From contig NC_042997.1 of NCBI RefSeq assembly GCF_006345805.1, positions 85,932,001 to 85,996,000 on the forward strand: DNA of 64,000 nt, written 5' to 3'. The position numbers and the translations under genes were made by a program. Every line of letters starts with the position of its first letter. Positions within the stretch are counted from its first letter, which is position 1. This DNA comes from Octopus sinensis (taxonomy: Eukaryota). Below, in pieces: positions 10,827 through 24,867 of the stretch. The notes under the pieces are model-generated. The model did not search any database, had not been told where the DNA came from, and saw nothing but the letters and a program-made list of their open reading frames with translations.

Positions 10827-13204
10827 TGAATAGAATTAGGGCATCTGAGGATTCTGAACACCTCAGCCCTGATCAGCTTCTGCCAATTGAGTCCTCCAAA
10901 ATTGCATATGGACATTCACTATTGCCAAGCCATGAAGGTTTTTACATTTTCTGTATGATGATCCTTTAAAACTATCAATAGATAACTAGTCTGGTCTTTC
11001 ACAGCCATCTATCTTCTGGAAATTCTTGATATTCCTCTCCTATTTTGTCCTTAATCAGCACAGCATGTAGTTTTCCCCTCTTTTAGCACTACTACCAAAT
11101 CATTTAGTCTATGGTTACCCCTTCAGATTATATTAAAGTTCAGGTAATTTAGAGGCTAAGCATTTATTTGTGAAGGACTCCCAAAGTTATGTTTGCCTTT
11201 TGATTATTTTCATCCTCTTTTTTGTCCCTTTCTTTTGTTTTCTCATTTCTTCTACAGTTACTTAACTTTCTCCTTTCTCAATTTTCTCCCCAACAGCACA
11301 AGACAATAGTGAATGTTCTGCTCATAGCTGATCTGTAGTAGAAAAGGTGCCTCCTCAGTTTCTTGGTACCCTACCTCATTGTTGGACCCTAGTGCCAGTG
11401 GCACTATTCTCTTCTTTTCTATGTGTGTCTGTCTCTTGACAAAGCCCAGAGTAGCATACATCATCATCATCATTTAATGTCTGCCTTCCATGCTAGCATG
11501 GGTGGGACATCCACAAAGTAATTAGCAAAGCAGGATGCGAATGATGAAATCAACAGACAGATATTTTGGCAACTACTGAACCAACTAATAAATAAGAGAT
11601 AAGAGGTAAATAAAAAAAAAATAACTCAAGCAAAATACATGTCTTTGCAATAAAGGATGTTGTTATGAAATAAACAAACAGAGATAGAATGAAAACTGAA
11701 CTAGCCTATGGGAAATGATATGTTGCTAAACAATTTCAGAAAACAGCTTAATAATAACATGATCTAAAAAAGCTTTACTTATGAATAGCAGTAAAACCAA
11801 CCAATGAAAAGATTGTTCAAGTAATGCACTGAAAAATAGATGACACTCTAGTGAAACAACATTAAAATCTTGCAAATGGAAACCATATCCAATATCCTGG
11901 AAAAACAGGTCTGGCCATGAGGAAATATTACCTTGCTCAGAAATAGGTGAGAGTTGATGTCAGAAAAAGCATCTGACCAAAGAAAATTTGCCTCACTGAA
12001 TTCCATTCGAAATACACGAGCATGGAAAAGTAGACATTGAATGATGGTGATGATGATGTTGTGTGTGTGTATGTTACATACACATTGAGTTGTTGAAATG
12101 TTTGCTTCCCAACTATGTGGTTTCAGGTTCAATCCCACTACAGAAGTCACTTGCCCAATGTGCCACAGAGAGAGGATCAGACTTGAAACCACCTGGTTTG
12201 GTTGGAAAGCAAATTCCTTACCACACAACACTGGTGCCTACAGTCATGCCTCTGTGTGTATGTATGTGTGTGAGTGTATATATATATTTGTTTTCATACA
12301 CATACGTGTGTGTATGTGTGAGAGAGAGAGAGAGAGAGAAGCAGACAGACAGATAGAGAGAATAAATATGCGGAAAATGTTGTTGAAGGATAAGTAAAAG
12401 AATGTAATAGGTAATTGTTTGTTAACAACTAATCTCTGTCTTTGCCCACAATGCATTAATCCTGATTGTTAGCAGTTGTTCTTTCAGTAGAGTAACACTA
12501 TTATGAAAAAATATTTCCTAATTGGCTTCTTTCTTATTTTTAGAGATTATTGGGTGTGGGGTATCGGGTTATGTTTATCCAAGTGCAACTTGACACCATC
12601 TTACATAGCATTTCTTTCTATAAGTTTTTTGGTGGGGGGCACAAAACTGGGTGGGGCATTTCTGCAAATCTGAACAGAATTTTAGTGTTTTGGTATCTAA
12701 TAGATATAGAGGGCTTAGAGAGCTTGTGAAGAACAGTTATTTAACTATAATCAACTGGATTTTATTTCTTTTGGTTCTGATGTTTTTCAGGCTTAGTTTT
12801 CTTTATAGCAGAGAAGGAGGACTTCTTTATGTTGTTAGGGTGGATTGAAGTTAACTGCCACCTCAGAAAGCAGCTTTTCAGAAAGTAAAAAAATAAAGGA
12901 AAGAAGATAATTTGTACTGCTAAAACCTGTTATTTTATTTAAAAAATATGATTTATCATCATCATTGTTTTATTGTTCACTTTTCTATGCTTGCATGGGC
13001 TTTATGAAGTTTATTGAGGCAGATTTTTTGTGGCCTTTCTGTCACCAACCCTGCTTCCAAGCAAGGTGATATTTTCCTGCATTTTTGGCAGAATATTGGA
13101 AATAAATGACACCATTTATATGACAGTAACACTCATTCATAATAATCATGGGACAAGGAGATGCAAACATACACACACACACCACACACGCCCACACATT
13201 TATC

Positions 13205-13249
13205 TATATGCATCTATCTATCTATCATCTATCTATCTATCTATCTATC

Positions 13250-13290
<41 letters not shown>

Positions 13291-13328
13291 CACACACACA
13301 CACACAGATATATATATATATATATATA

Positions 13329-13377
<49 letters not shown>
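13205..13377. repeat. Compound (ATCT)n/(CA)n/(TA)n/(GA)n microsatellite
   Basis: Read directly. Confidence 0.95.
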
Positions 13378-14159
13378 TAGCAAAACACTGGGGTTGATGT
13401 AATTAACTAGTCCCCTCCAACAAAAATCTTCAGTATGTCCCGAGCTCAAATTCTGCTGAGGTTGACTTTGCCTTTCATTCTTTCAAACTCAATAAAAAAT
13501 ACCAGTTGAGTACTGGGGTCAATATTATCAACTTAATATTTCAGGCCTTGTGCCTATAATAGAAACGATAATTATTATCATGAGATGAAGATGAGGATAT
13601 ATGGCTAAAAGCATACACTGTAATGATGGTAGAAGCAATCATAATAAATATTCCTATCTTAAACAAACTTGGTTTGTTTCTCAGATAAACAGAACAGTTT
13701 TTCATTCTATTAATAACCTCGTTAAAAATATAATTTAGATTATTTAGTGCAACAAATGATAAAGGGATTAACATATCTAATGTATTTAATTGAATAGATA
13801 ATCAGGATTAACCAACTAAATATCAGGAACCTTAGAAGTTGTCAATGAATAATAATAGTGCAAATGAATTTGTTCTTCATTGAGGTACAAAATATGAGAG
13901 TAATATTTATTGCCAGTGATAAATGTAGATCATAACTTCTTCATATGTAACTCTTTGACTGTGTATAGATTTGCTAAATGTGTGTGAGATAGACAGAGAG
14001 AGAGTGCATGTATATGAGAGTGTATGTGTGTATATTTATGTATATGTGTGTGTGTGTGGTTGTATATATATGTGTGTGTGTGGTTGTATGCATATTTATG
14101 TGTGTGTGGTTGTATGTATATATATGTGTGTGTGTATTATCTGGATATATATATATATA

Positions 14160-14400
14160 TCATCATCATCATCGTTTAACGTCTGCTTTCCATGCTGGCA
14201 TGGGTTGAACGGTTTGACTGAGGACTGGTGAGCCAAATGGCTCCACCAGGCTCCAATCTAATCTGGCAGAGTTTCTACAGCTGGATGCCCTTCCTAATGC
14301 CAACCACTCTGAGAATATAGTGGGTGCTTTTATATGCCACCAGCATGAGGGCCAGCCAGGCGGTACTGGAAACAGCCATGCTCAAATACCAGTCAAGCGG
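14160..14400 (-). mobile_element. SINE family D
   Basis: catcatcatcatcgtttaacgtctgctttccatgctggcatggg...tttctacagctggatgcccttcctaatgccaaccactc. Confidence 0.88.
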
Positions 14401-14689
14401 TGCTGTCATCGAATTTGATTTCAATTTCACTTACCTCAACATTTATATATTTCAAAAGTGGAAAACAATATTATTTGAAATAGTCATATTCTTATGCTCT
14501 TTCAATAATCCTGACATATCATCATAACTATACAATTATATAATAATATGATTATACAGTACACACATACTCTCTCTCACACACACACACACATTTATAT
14601 ATTTATGAATACTGTGCTCTGTTGAGGAATTAAAGATTATAATAGTTTATCTACAATTATCACCAACAACAACAGAGACGTACAGTCAC

Positions 14690-15765
14690 ACAAGCATAAG
14701 ACTTATTAATTAGGAACAGAATTAGATTAGATAAAATGCAGTTTGGCTTTGTCCTGGGAAGAAGCACCACAGGTGCTATTTTCATTGTTAGGCAACTGCA
14801 AGAGAAGTATTTAGCTAAGAACAAGCCATTGTACTTGGTATTTGTTGATCTGAAGAAATCCTTCTACAAAGTACTTTGCCATGTGATATGGTGGTCTCTG
14901 AGGAAGCTAAGAGTTGATGAATTGTTTGTGAAAGCAGTACAGGTCATGTAAAGAGATACTGTCAATAAGGTAAGAGTTAGCCATGAACACAGTGACAAAT
15001 TTAGTGTATAGGTAGGTTTCACCAAAGCTTGATCCTCAGCTCCTTTCTATACATCATTGTCCTCCAAGCCATACAGAGGTATTTAAAACTGGAAGCCCAT
15101 GGGAATTACTATATGCTGATGAATTACTATATGCTGTAACAGAACTGCAAAAGGAATTCCAGGCGTGGAAGCAAAATTTGGAGTCAAAGGGTCTTAAAGT
15201 TATCAAAGACCAAGGGCCTAATAAGCAAGAAATCAGACAGAACCCTACCCACTACAAGTTAGATATGTAGAAAAGATGTAGGCAGAAATTCCATTCAGTG
15301 TAACCGGTGTAAGCTATGGACATGAGGTGCAGTGGAATAATAGGAAGGTTAACAGAGAAAATAGTTTTTGTGTGTAGAAGATACACAAGAGCCATAAATA
15401 TTATAGATACATGGGAAACTAATTTCCTTAAATGTACCAGAAGTAGTAGATAATTTCTGCTACCTAAGTGACTTAATTAACAGTGAAAGAAGATGTATCA
15501 AAAGTGTAATAGCTAGAATAAGAATAGGTGGGGTGAAAGTTCAGAGAGCTTTTACTTCTGTTGGCAACCAAAGGTCTCTGTCTGAGTGAAAGGAAGACTG
15601 TATGATACATGTGTATGAACTGCACTGTTACATGGGCCCTGAATGTTGAAGATATATGAAGACTGAAGAGGAACAAAGCTGGTATGCTCTGCTAGAAGTG
15701 TAATGTTGCTGTACATGTGTGACAAGCACTGGTGTATTGAGAGAAGAGTTAGGCATACACAGCAG
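14690..15765 (+). mobile_element. RTEX/RTE-like LINE reverse transcriptase fragment (pseudogenised) with Cys-rich PHD-like insert
   Basis: MQFGFVLGRSTTGAIFIVRQLQEKYLAKNKPLYLVFVDLKK, ELLYADE, ICRKDVGRNSIQCNRCKLWT/RCSGIIGRL...VCRR, EVVDNFCYL; multiple stops and frameshifts. Confidence 0.88.
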
Positions 15766-15909
15766 GCTTCCACACAGTTACCATCTCTCTAATTTGCTCA
15801 ATTAACTCACAAGGCATTGATTGGCCCAGGGCTACAGTAGAAAGCATTTTCCTAAGATGTCGCACATTTGGTTGCACAGAGAACCTCTTAACCACACAAT
15901 CATGCCTCC

Positions 15910-16285
15910 ATCTATTCTTTTACTTGTTTCAGTCATTTGACTCAGGCCATGTTGGAGCACTGCTTTAGAGGGTTTTAGTTGAAGAAATCAACCCCAGGAC
16001 TTAATCTTTGTAAGCCTAGTATTTATTCCATTGGTCTCTTTTGTCAAACTGCTAAGTCACAAGGATGTAAACACACTAGCATTAGTTGTCAAGTGATGGC
16101 AAGGGTAGAAACAGACACATACATAGATATATACATACATATATACATATATACAATGGGCTTCTTTCAATTTCTTTCTACCAAATCCACTCGCAAGGCT
16201 ATAGTTGAAGACACTTGTCCAAGGTGCCATGCAATAGAACTGAACCTAGAACCCTGTGGTTGGATAGCAAGCCTCTTACCACAAA
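15910..16285 (-). mobile_element. Long CORE-like SINE (family B)
   Basis: cttttacttgtttcagtcatttgact...ctaccaaatccactc...gaagacacttgtccaaggtgccatgca; aligns with 33100-33485. Confidence 0.85.
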
Positions 16286-16639
16286 GCCAAACCTATGAAG
16301 CAATATATTATCAAATGTTTTCCTTCAAGATGATAGTATCTCTGTTTGTTTGAAAGTTAAGTGACAGTCCCAATTCACTTGTAGGTGACACAATACAAAG
16401 TGTCAATATTTCTGTCTGATTGTCTCCACCAGTTATGCTCCTTGACTATTTTTCTATTATCAGACTATCTGAATATATCAACAAACAGATTATTTATTGC
16501 TTTAGAGCCAATATTAAACAGATTGTTTCTCTACTCTGACAGATGAAGTCATCACACATCTATTAGCTTACTACATTTAAACATCAGCTTCAAGTCACAA
16601 ATAAGAGGCATCTGGATAATAGATGCAGCTAGCTGCTTC

Positions 16640-16745
16640 TCCCCCGTTACTCTCTCTCTCTCTCTCGCTATATATATATATTATATATATATATATAATA
16701 TATATATACACACATACATACATACATACATATATATACACATAC

Positions 16746-16788
<43 letters not shown>

Positions 16789-16876
16789 CATACATATATA
16801 TGTATATATATATATATATAATACATACATACACACACACACATATATATATATATACATACATGTATATATACAT

Positions 16877-16907
<31 letters not shown>

Positions 16908-16918
16908 CACATACATAC

Positions 16919-16949
<31 letters not shown>

Positions 16950-17018
16950 ATATATATATACATACATATATATAGATAGATACATACATACACATACACA
17001 CACCACACATATATATAT

Positions 17019-17052
<34 letters not shown>

Positions 17053-17060
17053 ATACATAC
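16640..17060. repeat. (TA)/(CA)/(TACA)n low-complexity array
   Basis: Read directly. Confidence 0.95.
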
Positions 17061-17551
17061 ACAGAGAGAGAGAAAGAAATGGATTGATAGATGTGGGTGC
17101 ATGCGTGTGCACTTATATACGCATGAATGTACACAAATAACATTAGCTACAAACATTAAATAATTTTTTTATATCTAATTCTTTACTATTTTTGCGTTTT
17201 TTTTTTTCTTCTCGTTACTAAAAATAAAGTTACAGAAAAAAAAAGATAGTTCCATCATTATTTCCACCACCAGAATGAAATTACGAAAATAGTAGAGTTG
17301 TATGTATTGTGTATTTTTGTACTCTTCGGTTTTATCACACTAATTTATCTGATCATTTCCACAAAAGTGTGGAAAAGTTATTTTCAAAACCAAAGTGAAA
17401 CTCAGTAATCAATACCTATCTAACCATACATCGATGCACATACGTGCACAGAAGCATTCACATGTACGTGCACTCATACATGTTCACAGATAAACACACA
17501 CCAACTCACACATACATTCATGATTAAAAATATACACTCATACGAGGTGCT

Positions 17552-17599
<48 letters not shown>

Positions 17600-17603
17600 A
17601 TAC

Positions 17604-17652
<49 letters not shown>

Positions 17653-18245
17653 ATATATATATAATACATACATACATACACATACACACACACACATATA
17701 TATATATATTATATATATATATAATATATATATATATTATATATATACATACACAGAGAGAGAGAAAGAAATGGATTGATAGATGTGGGTGCATGCGTGT
17801 GCACTTATATACGCATGAATGTACACAAATAACATTAGCTACAAACATTAAATAATTTTTTTATATCTAATTCTTTACTATTTTTGCGTTTTTTTTTTTT
17901 TCTTCTCGTTACTAAAAATAAAGTTACAGAAAAAAAAAGATAGTTCCATCATTATTTCCACCACCAGAATGAAATTACGAAAATAGTAGAGTTGTATGTA
18001 TTGTGTATTTTTGTACTCTTCGGTTTTATCACACTAATTTATCTGATCATTTCCACAAAAGTGTGGAAAAGTTATTTTCAAAACCAAAGTGAAACTCAGT
18101 AATCAATACCTATCTAACCATACATCGATGCACATACGTGCACAGAAGCATTCACATGTACGTGCACTCATACATGTTCACAGATAAACACACACCAACT
18201 CACACATACATTCATGATTAAAAATATACACTCATACGAGGTGCT

Positions 18246-18260
<15 letters not shown>
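17050..18260. repeat. Near-identical tandem duplication (about 500 bp unique core, period about 692-694 bp)
   Basis: 17061-17555 repeats at 17753-18249; the only core difference I see is T11 vs T13. Confidence 0.93.
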
Positions 18261-18294
<34 letters not shown>

Positions 18295-18639
18295 TACACA
18301 CATGCTTTCATATGCATGTGTGCGTGAGATTAGATAAAGTGTATAATATTGATGATAAAGTATTATGGCATATATGTATGTATGAATACACACACATACA
18401 CGCACAGACAAACAGACACACATACACACACACATATATATATATATAATATGAAATAATATACAATACCATTGTGCATATTTAATTCTTTAAATGTGTG
18501 AAAAGAGAGATAACATATACATACTGCATAGCTGTATACAGACATATAAATGCGTGAGAATGTGTGTGCATATAAATACATGTGTCCATGAAATTTATCT
18601 TCATTTTATATATGTATATGTGTGTACACATATATATAT

Positions 18640-18695
<56 letters not shown>

Positions 18696-18875
18696 GCATA
18701 TATATATATTTATATATTTATATATATATATAATTGTTTGATATTTATGTATATATATATATACTTAAATATCAAACAATGAAAATGAGTGATCAACACC
18801 ACATTGGTGGATAAAGATTCTTTATTTATGTGTTAAGCACATGTGTACACACACACACACCACACTCTGTCTCTG

Positions 18876-18945
<70 letters not shown>

Positions 18946-19462
18946 TCCCTCTCTCTCTCTCTCTCTCTTGCATACAAACCTGTATATATACACACACAGA
19001 AATATAGCCATGTATTTTTATGCTGTCAAATTGCTTAGGGACTATGTTTCTTCTTCAATAAGTTGATCTAATACAATTAAAAGACAGAAAAGCAAGTACA
19101 CAATGCAAATTCACAAAGGTATAAAACACATTTTATTTATCTGTGAAAGGCATAGTATACTTATTAACATATGATGTAAGTATTGCTGTTGCCTTACAGA
19201 GATATACTGATAACTTATCAATAAATTCCTATAATTCTGTTTGCTGTTTTTTGGGGGAGGGTTGCAGGGTGTGGGTAGTGATGGAGTAGGGAGGGAAGCT
19301 GCTTTATATTTGAAACCCAAGTCACATATATATACACATACACACACACACACATATATATACACACACACATTTGTGTGCAATATATATGTATGTAAAT
19401 ATGCATGTATACGTATTTGTGAGTGCACGGGCATATATATGCATACATATATAAATACATAG

Positions 19463-19495
<33 letters not shown>

Positions 19496-19681
19496 CATAT
19501 ATATATATATATTTGTATATGTACATATGTATGTGTGTATGCATACACAAACATATATATAGATAGAGAGTTGAATATGCATATATATTTATTCATTTTC
19601 AATTATTCATTTATATATATATTTATATTTATGTATTTATAGATGTTTATGTTGTTGTGTATGTGTATGTATATAGTTATG

Positions 19682-19715
<34 letters not shown>

Positions 19716-20033
19716 AGATAGATAGATAGACACACACTTACACATACCTATATGCATATATGTATGTATGCATATACATATGTCTGAATATGCATATGTG
19801 CATCATATCTGTTCTTCATGCTTTTCATTCAGGTATCATTTTTGACTGAATCTAAATAGTTTCTTTATATTTTTATTTCATGCATATCTAAGATTTTTAA
19901 ACTTTCTTCTCTTTAAAAACACATTGTCAGTAAAAGAATGAGTATAATGTGATATATGCTATGGTAAATACACACACACACATACACTTATATAAAAGAA
20001 TTACTATAGATAGATAGATAAATAGGTATAACA

Positions 20034-20073
<40 letters not shown>

Positions 20074-20670
20074 CAAAGAAATTCTTATGGTAAATGTTTA
20101 TATTTCTCAGGCTAAGGAATTGATATGCGTTTCATAATATATAATGTCTTATACACATGTGAATATTAAATATGTTGGCTGCTTAACCTAATTTTTTGTA
20201 ATATAAGGCTCACTAGGAATTAATGTAGGAAATATATCTTTTGAAAAGATAGAAATTGCATTTAGTTTAGATTCTCTATTATTTACGCCAAATCTACTGC
20301 CATTCTTTTATTCATTCAACATCTGTTTTGCCATGCAAGCATGGTTCGAATGAATGCAATTCATTGAGGTGTTGCTTAACAACTGGATGCTCTTCCTTTA
20401 CCTAACTCTTACCTGTTTCCCATGTAAGACTTTTTTCTACTCCCCACATGTCTTTGAAAGCACAGTGCCAGCAGATGACTGACCTATTGCTAAAGAAAAT
20501 GACAAGAGCACCAATGCTGTAACTGAGCAATTTCTGAATATGCTTAAGTGTAAACAAAGACACATACTCACTCACACATGCACATCCATCCATCCATCCA
20601 TCCAGATACTTAGCTAGCTGTAAGAAAATGAATATGCTGGTAAATATTTTGTTTAATATATACATATGTA

Positions 20671-20888
20671 CAAGGCAGTGCTGAAATGTTCCTGGCTTTA
20701 CAGGTATCGCAAAAGGCCTGATTGGAGGCCCCAACCTTCTGAATTCTTTTACAGAGCTTAAAAAAACTGAAGGGCCACAACAATACATGTGTGAACCTGA
20801 GAGAGGAATATGTTGAAGAAAATTGTAATTAACTGATCCCCCTGTATTTTCTTTTACCCAAAGCCAGGAACTTTTCAGCACCTCCTCG
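20671..20888. mobile_element. Tc1/mariner-derived MITE, TA TSD
   Basis: TIRs caaggcagtgctgaaatgttcctggcttt / aaagccaggaacttttcagcacctcctcg flanked by TA. Confidence 0.82.
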
Positions 20889-23562
20889 TATATCTATCTA
20901 AAGATATATATATGTGTGTGTGTGTGTATTTAATCCAAAATAGAGATGACAACCAATGTTCCATGTAACAGGCTTGATAATTGTTGAGGGACTTCCCTTG
21001 ACATGAAACCAATGGTAACCTTGACCCAAAAATAAAGAATTTTTATCTACCAGTGCAAAATCCACTTGCAAGTCTTTGGTTATAATTGTAGTAAGAGACA
21101 TTTGTCCAAGATGCTGTACTATGCATCTGAACCTGAAACTTTGTGCTTGAAAATTAAGCTTCTTGACCACACAGCTGTGCCTGTGCCTATTATAAGTATG
21201 TCAGTCTTCATATAGTTTCCATCCACCAAATTCATTCAGAAGGCATTAGTTGACCCTGTTAGAAATAATTATTTTATTTTATTTTATTAAGCCAGTGACT
21301 GAGAATCCATAAGGTCATCAAATGTCAGTTAAATAATCCTTGAACCAAACCTGAAAAGAAGCACATTGGAAATCTAGTTTGGGTACAACATGGCCAAAAA
21401 GAAATAAACAGAAAAGGGTAGGATATTTATGGATAGAATATCATAAACCATAAATAAAAACTTCAGCTATCTTATCTATGCTCATTATAGGCCTACTTGT
21501 CTATGGTGTCCAATTGCGGGTTGAAAGGAATGTTCCCATAATTAGGTGATTAATTTTGGCTGTTGATACCTAGAATTTGAACTCGGAACAGAGACAGCCA
21601 GATCAAATATCATAACATATCCAATGATCAAACAATTCCACCTGTCCACTACTTTTGATTGATACTACACTTAGTGACCCTCAAAAGGATTTAAACTCAA
21701 AAGCAGAGAGTTGGGTGCTATCTTATGATCTAACCCCACTCAGCATTTCTCAACCATTTTTTACCTATGGACTCCTTGGGTTCCTATTTTACTTGGATGG
21801 ATGCCTCCTAGCCATTCAATGTTTAAAAAAAAATCATATTTTTATAATTAAATATTATTAGGAATTGTATAAAAAAAAAGATTATTAAAATATTTTATGT
21901 ATTGTAGAATTGCAAGCAGTTTATTGCGCATAAATTTTAACAGCAAAACCTTATATGAATCCCTAAGGGCCATATGGACCCCAGTTAAAAACTTCTGCTT
22001 TACATTATTGTAAAGGTTAAAAGCCAAACATTATTAACAAAAAATACATTACAAATTTTACAAGCACATACACATATAGAAGATAATATGCTTACAAATA
22101 TACATCTGTTCTCAGTGCATGTGTAGACAAAACAACTGAATCATTTTTGAGTCAACACAAGTTGAATATTTCTGTCACTCTAAATGTCCCATTCATTGTG
22201 TGATTTCTTTCACAAAGAAAATTTAGATGACTTCAAAGCTACTAATTAAATACACTGCTTGAGGGAGGTGCTTTTTTGGCAATAATTATGCACTTCTGGA
22301 GGGCGGTATGTTTAGGTTGTAATTATATATGCTCCTTGATGTATGTGAGGTTAGGCAGTAATTAAATACCTCTAGAGTGAGGTGTGTTTTATATTACAGC
22401 TAACAATACAGTAAAGAATTACATCACAACCACAAAATCTTTCACTTCCATGGTACGATTTACCTTTAAGAACATTTACTAAGCCATTGCTATTGCTTAG
22501 CCACTGGTCAGCAATGACTGAACAAGTCTATGGTTAATTTTTTCTTTTTGTTACACACAACTAAAACTACATTGTTTGTTGTCTCCTTATTTTAGAACAG
22601 TACAGTGTGTTCTGGGGGGAGATTTGGCTGCTATTTCTAGTTATTTGAATGACCACATAAAGGTCCCTTTATCTATTTGTACTAAGCAGTTAATAAGTAA
22701 CAAATTAGTAGAATGGCAGACAGTAGGGTGCTGGACTAGATACCTCATGCTATTTTGTCTAACCCACTTTACATTTTAATACATCTTTCTATGGAAAGAT
22801 GTATTGGCCTCAGTATAAAGAAATACCAGTCTTCAAATGAGATTTACCCACTCAACTATGCCTACCCCTCTCCCACAAAAATATGAAATTGTGCCTTCTG
22901 GTTATTATCATTGTCATTATTTGAAGTCTGAATGGTTTTGACACCATCTCAGCTATTGTCACAACCATCAACATCTTGCACACAGGAATAGAGAAAGCCA
23001 CTAGTCATTGTTTTTTGTATGTTTTGTTTGGCATGCTTTTAGTTTTTTTTTCTTTTTACAGCTGGATACCCTTCCTATCATATCACCAACCATATTACAG
23101 CCAGTGGGAGGCCTTTTTTTTTTCCAAAGTTACCTAGCTCCTAGGTAGGTTGCCTGTGCTGCAGCTTACTGAATTCGCATCTACATTTCATTCCTTTTTT
23201 TTTTCCAAAGTGAGACACTATTATGTTTGTTAGTTCACACATGGAAAAATCTCTTAATAACTTGGGTACTAAGTTTTGCGACTCCATCTGGTAAAATTTT
23301 AAGTATCATCATCATCTTTTAATGTTCACTTTCCTATGTTAGCATGGAAGAGTCAGAATTTGTTGAGGCAGATTTTTCTACAGCCTGATGTCCTTCCTCT
23401 CACCAACCCTCACCTCTGTCCAAGCAATGTGATATTTTCCCATATGTATTTTCACTAAGAAGTCTGGAAACGAGCAGCTTTGAATACATGGTAACATTCA
23501 TTTACAACCATTATGTGGTATCTAAACAAGGTTACACACAAGCACACATACACGCATATTGA

Positions 23563-23777
23563 CAAGGCAGTGCTGAAAAGCCTGGCTTTGGGTAAAAGAA
23601 TATACAGAAGAATCAGTTAATTATGATTTTATTCAACATATTCCTCTCTTGGATTCACACACTTTTTGTAACTGTCCTTCAGTTTTTCTAAACACTGAAA
23701 AAGAACTCAGATGGTTGAGCCTCCAACCAGGCCTTTCACAATACCTGTAAAGCCAGGAACTTTTCAGCACCCCCTCA
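23563..23777. mobile_element. Second copy of the 20671 MITE, opposite orientation
   Basis: Same TIRs; interior is the reverse complement of 20700-20860. Confidence 0.8.
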
Positions 23778-23795
23778 TGTGTGTATATGTCTGTG

Positions 23796-23853
<58 letters not shown>

Positions 23854-24867
23854 CACACACACACGCACACACACACACACACACACAATGGGCCTCTTTC
23901 AGTTTCTCCCAATCAAATCCACTCAAGGCTTTGACTGGCCTGAGGTTATAGTAGAAAACACTTGTGCCCAAGGTGCCTTGCAGTGGGACTGAACCCAAGG
24001 CTGCATGGTTGGGAACCAAGCTGCTGAAACATGCAGCCACACCTGCACCTAAATATATGAATATATTTTTAGATATTTAATTGATCAGTCAGACAACTGT
24101 TATATAATAATCAATGTTATTTCTGCATGTTCTTTACATGAAGCTAAACCTACTAATAATAATTTTTTATAAACAATGCATTTAGAGACCACTCACTGTA
24201 TCAAAGGGGACAGTCCAACTGCACTGGAAATGAGAAAGTATGCAAACATACCCTAAATTGGCAATCTTCCTAGATACTTGACTTCTTCCTGATGTATTTA
24301 TTTAGCAAGTTGTTTGATCTGAAAATGTGTAATGAAACAAAAACAACTGCATCATGTCAATATTCATATTAAACTTTTGAACACACATACTCTGGGGTAT
24401 TCACCTTTTCTTCTGTTCTTTTATTGTTATTGGGCTGTAACTAAGTTGGGGCAGTGCCATCGAGATTTTAGTCAATTATATCCCAGTATTTATTTCAGTC
24501 TGGTGTGTGCACACCACACACCACACACACACACACATACACATCAGAATAAAGGAAGGTGTGAAGTGGAAGAAATTTGTTATTTCTAGCAGATCAGGTG
24601 ACTGTATAGAACATGGATATGAAACAATTGACCCACGGCCCAGATTCAGCCTGTACCAATGCTTAGTCAAAACCCTAACTCAATTTTATAAAAAGAATTT
24701 TATTTTTTAATTTTAAAATATTTTGTTAAAATATATATCCTTAACGTGTATTCAGAATTAGAGCCCAACTAGAGTTATGGTTCAAACTGGCTCTGATGAA
24801 TCAAATCAATGTCCCTGAGGGAATCTTTTATCCCAACTCAAGAAACTGAAGCTTATGAATCCATTAA

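Noticed and set aside
11270-11345. Plus-strand polypyrimidine tract plus CAG acceptor
   Set aside because: All three downstream frames stop within about 15 codons and no donor follows.
16595-17156. Long YI/CV/HT-rich ORFs (also 3532-3789, 7510-7899, 27786-28309, 28873-29444, 46498-46957)
   Set aside because: Stop-free translations of (TA)n, (CA)n and (CT)n microsatellites; not genes.
22244-22398. Periodic units as a CRISPR array
   Set aside because: No conserved repeat alternating with unique spacers, no cas genes, eukaryotic context.
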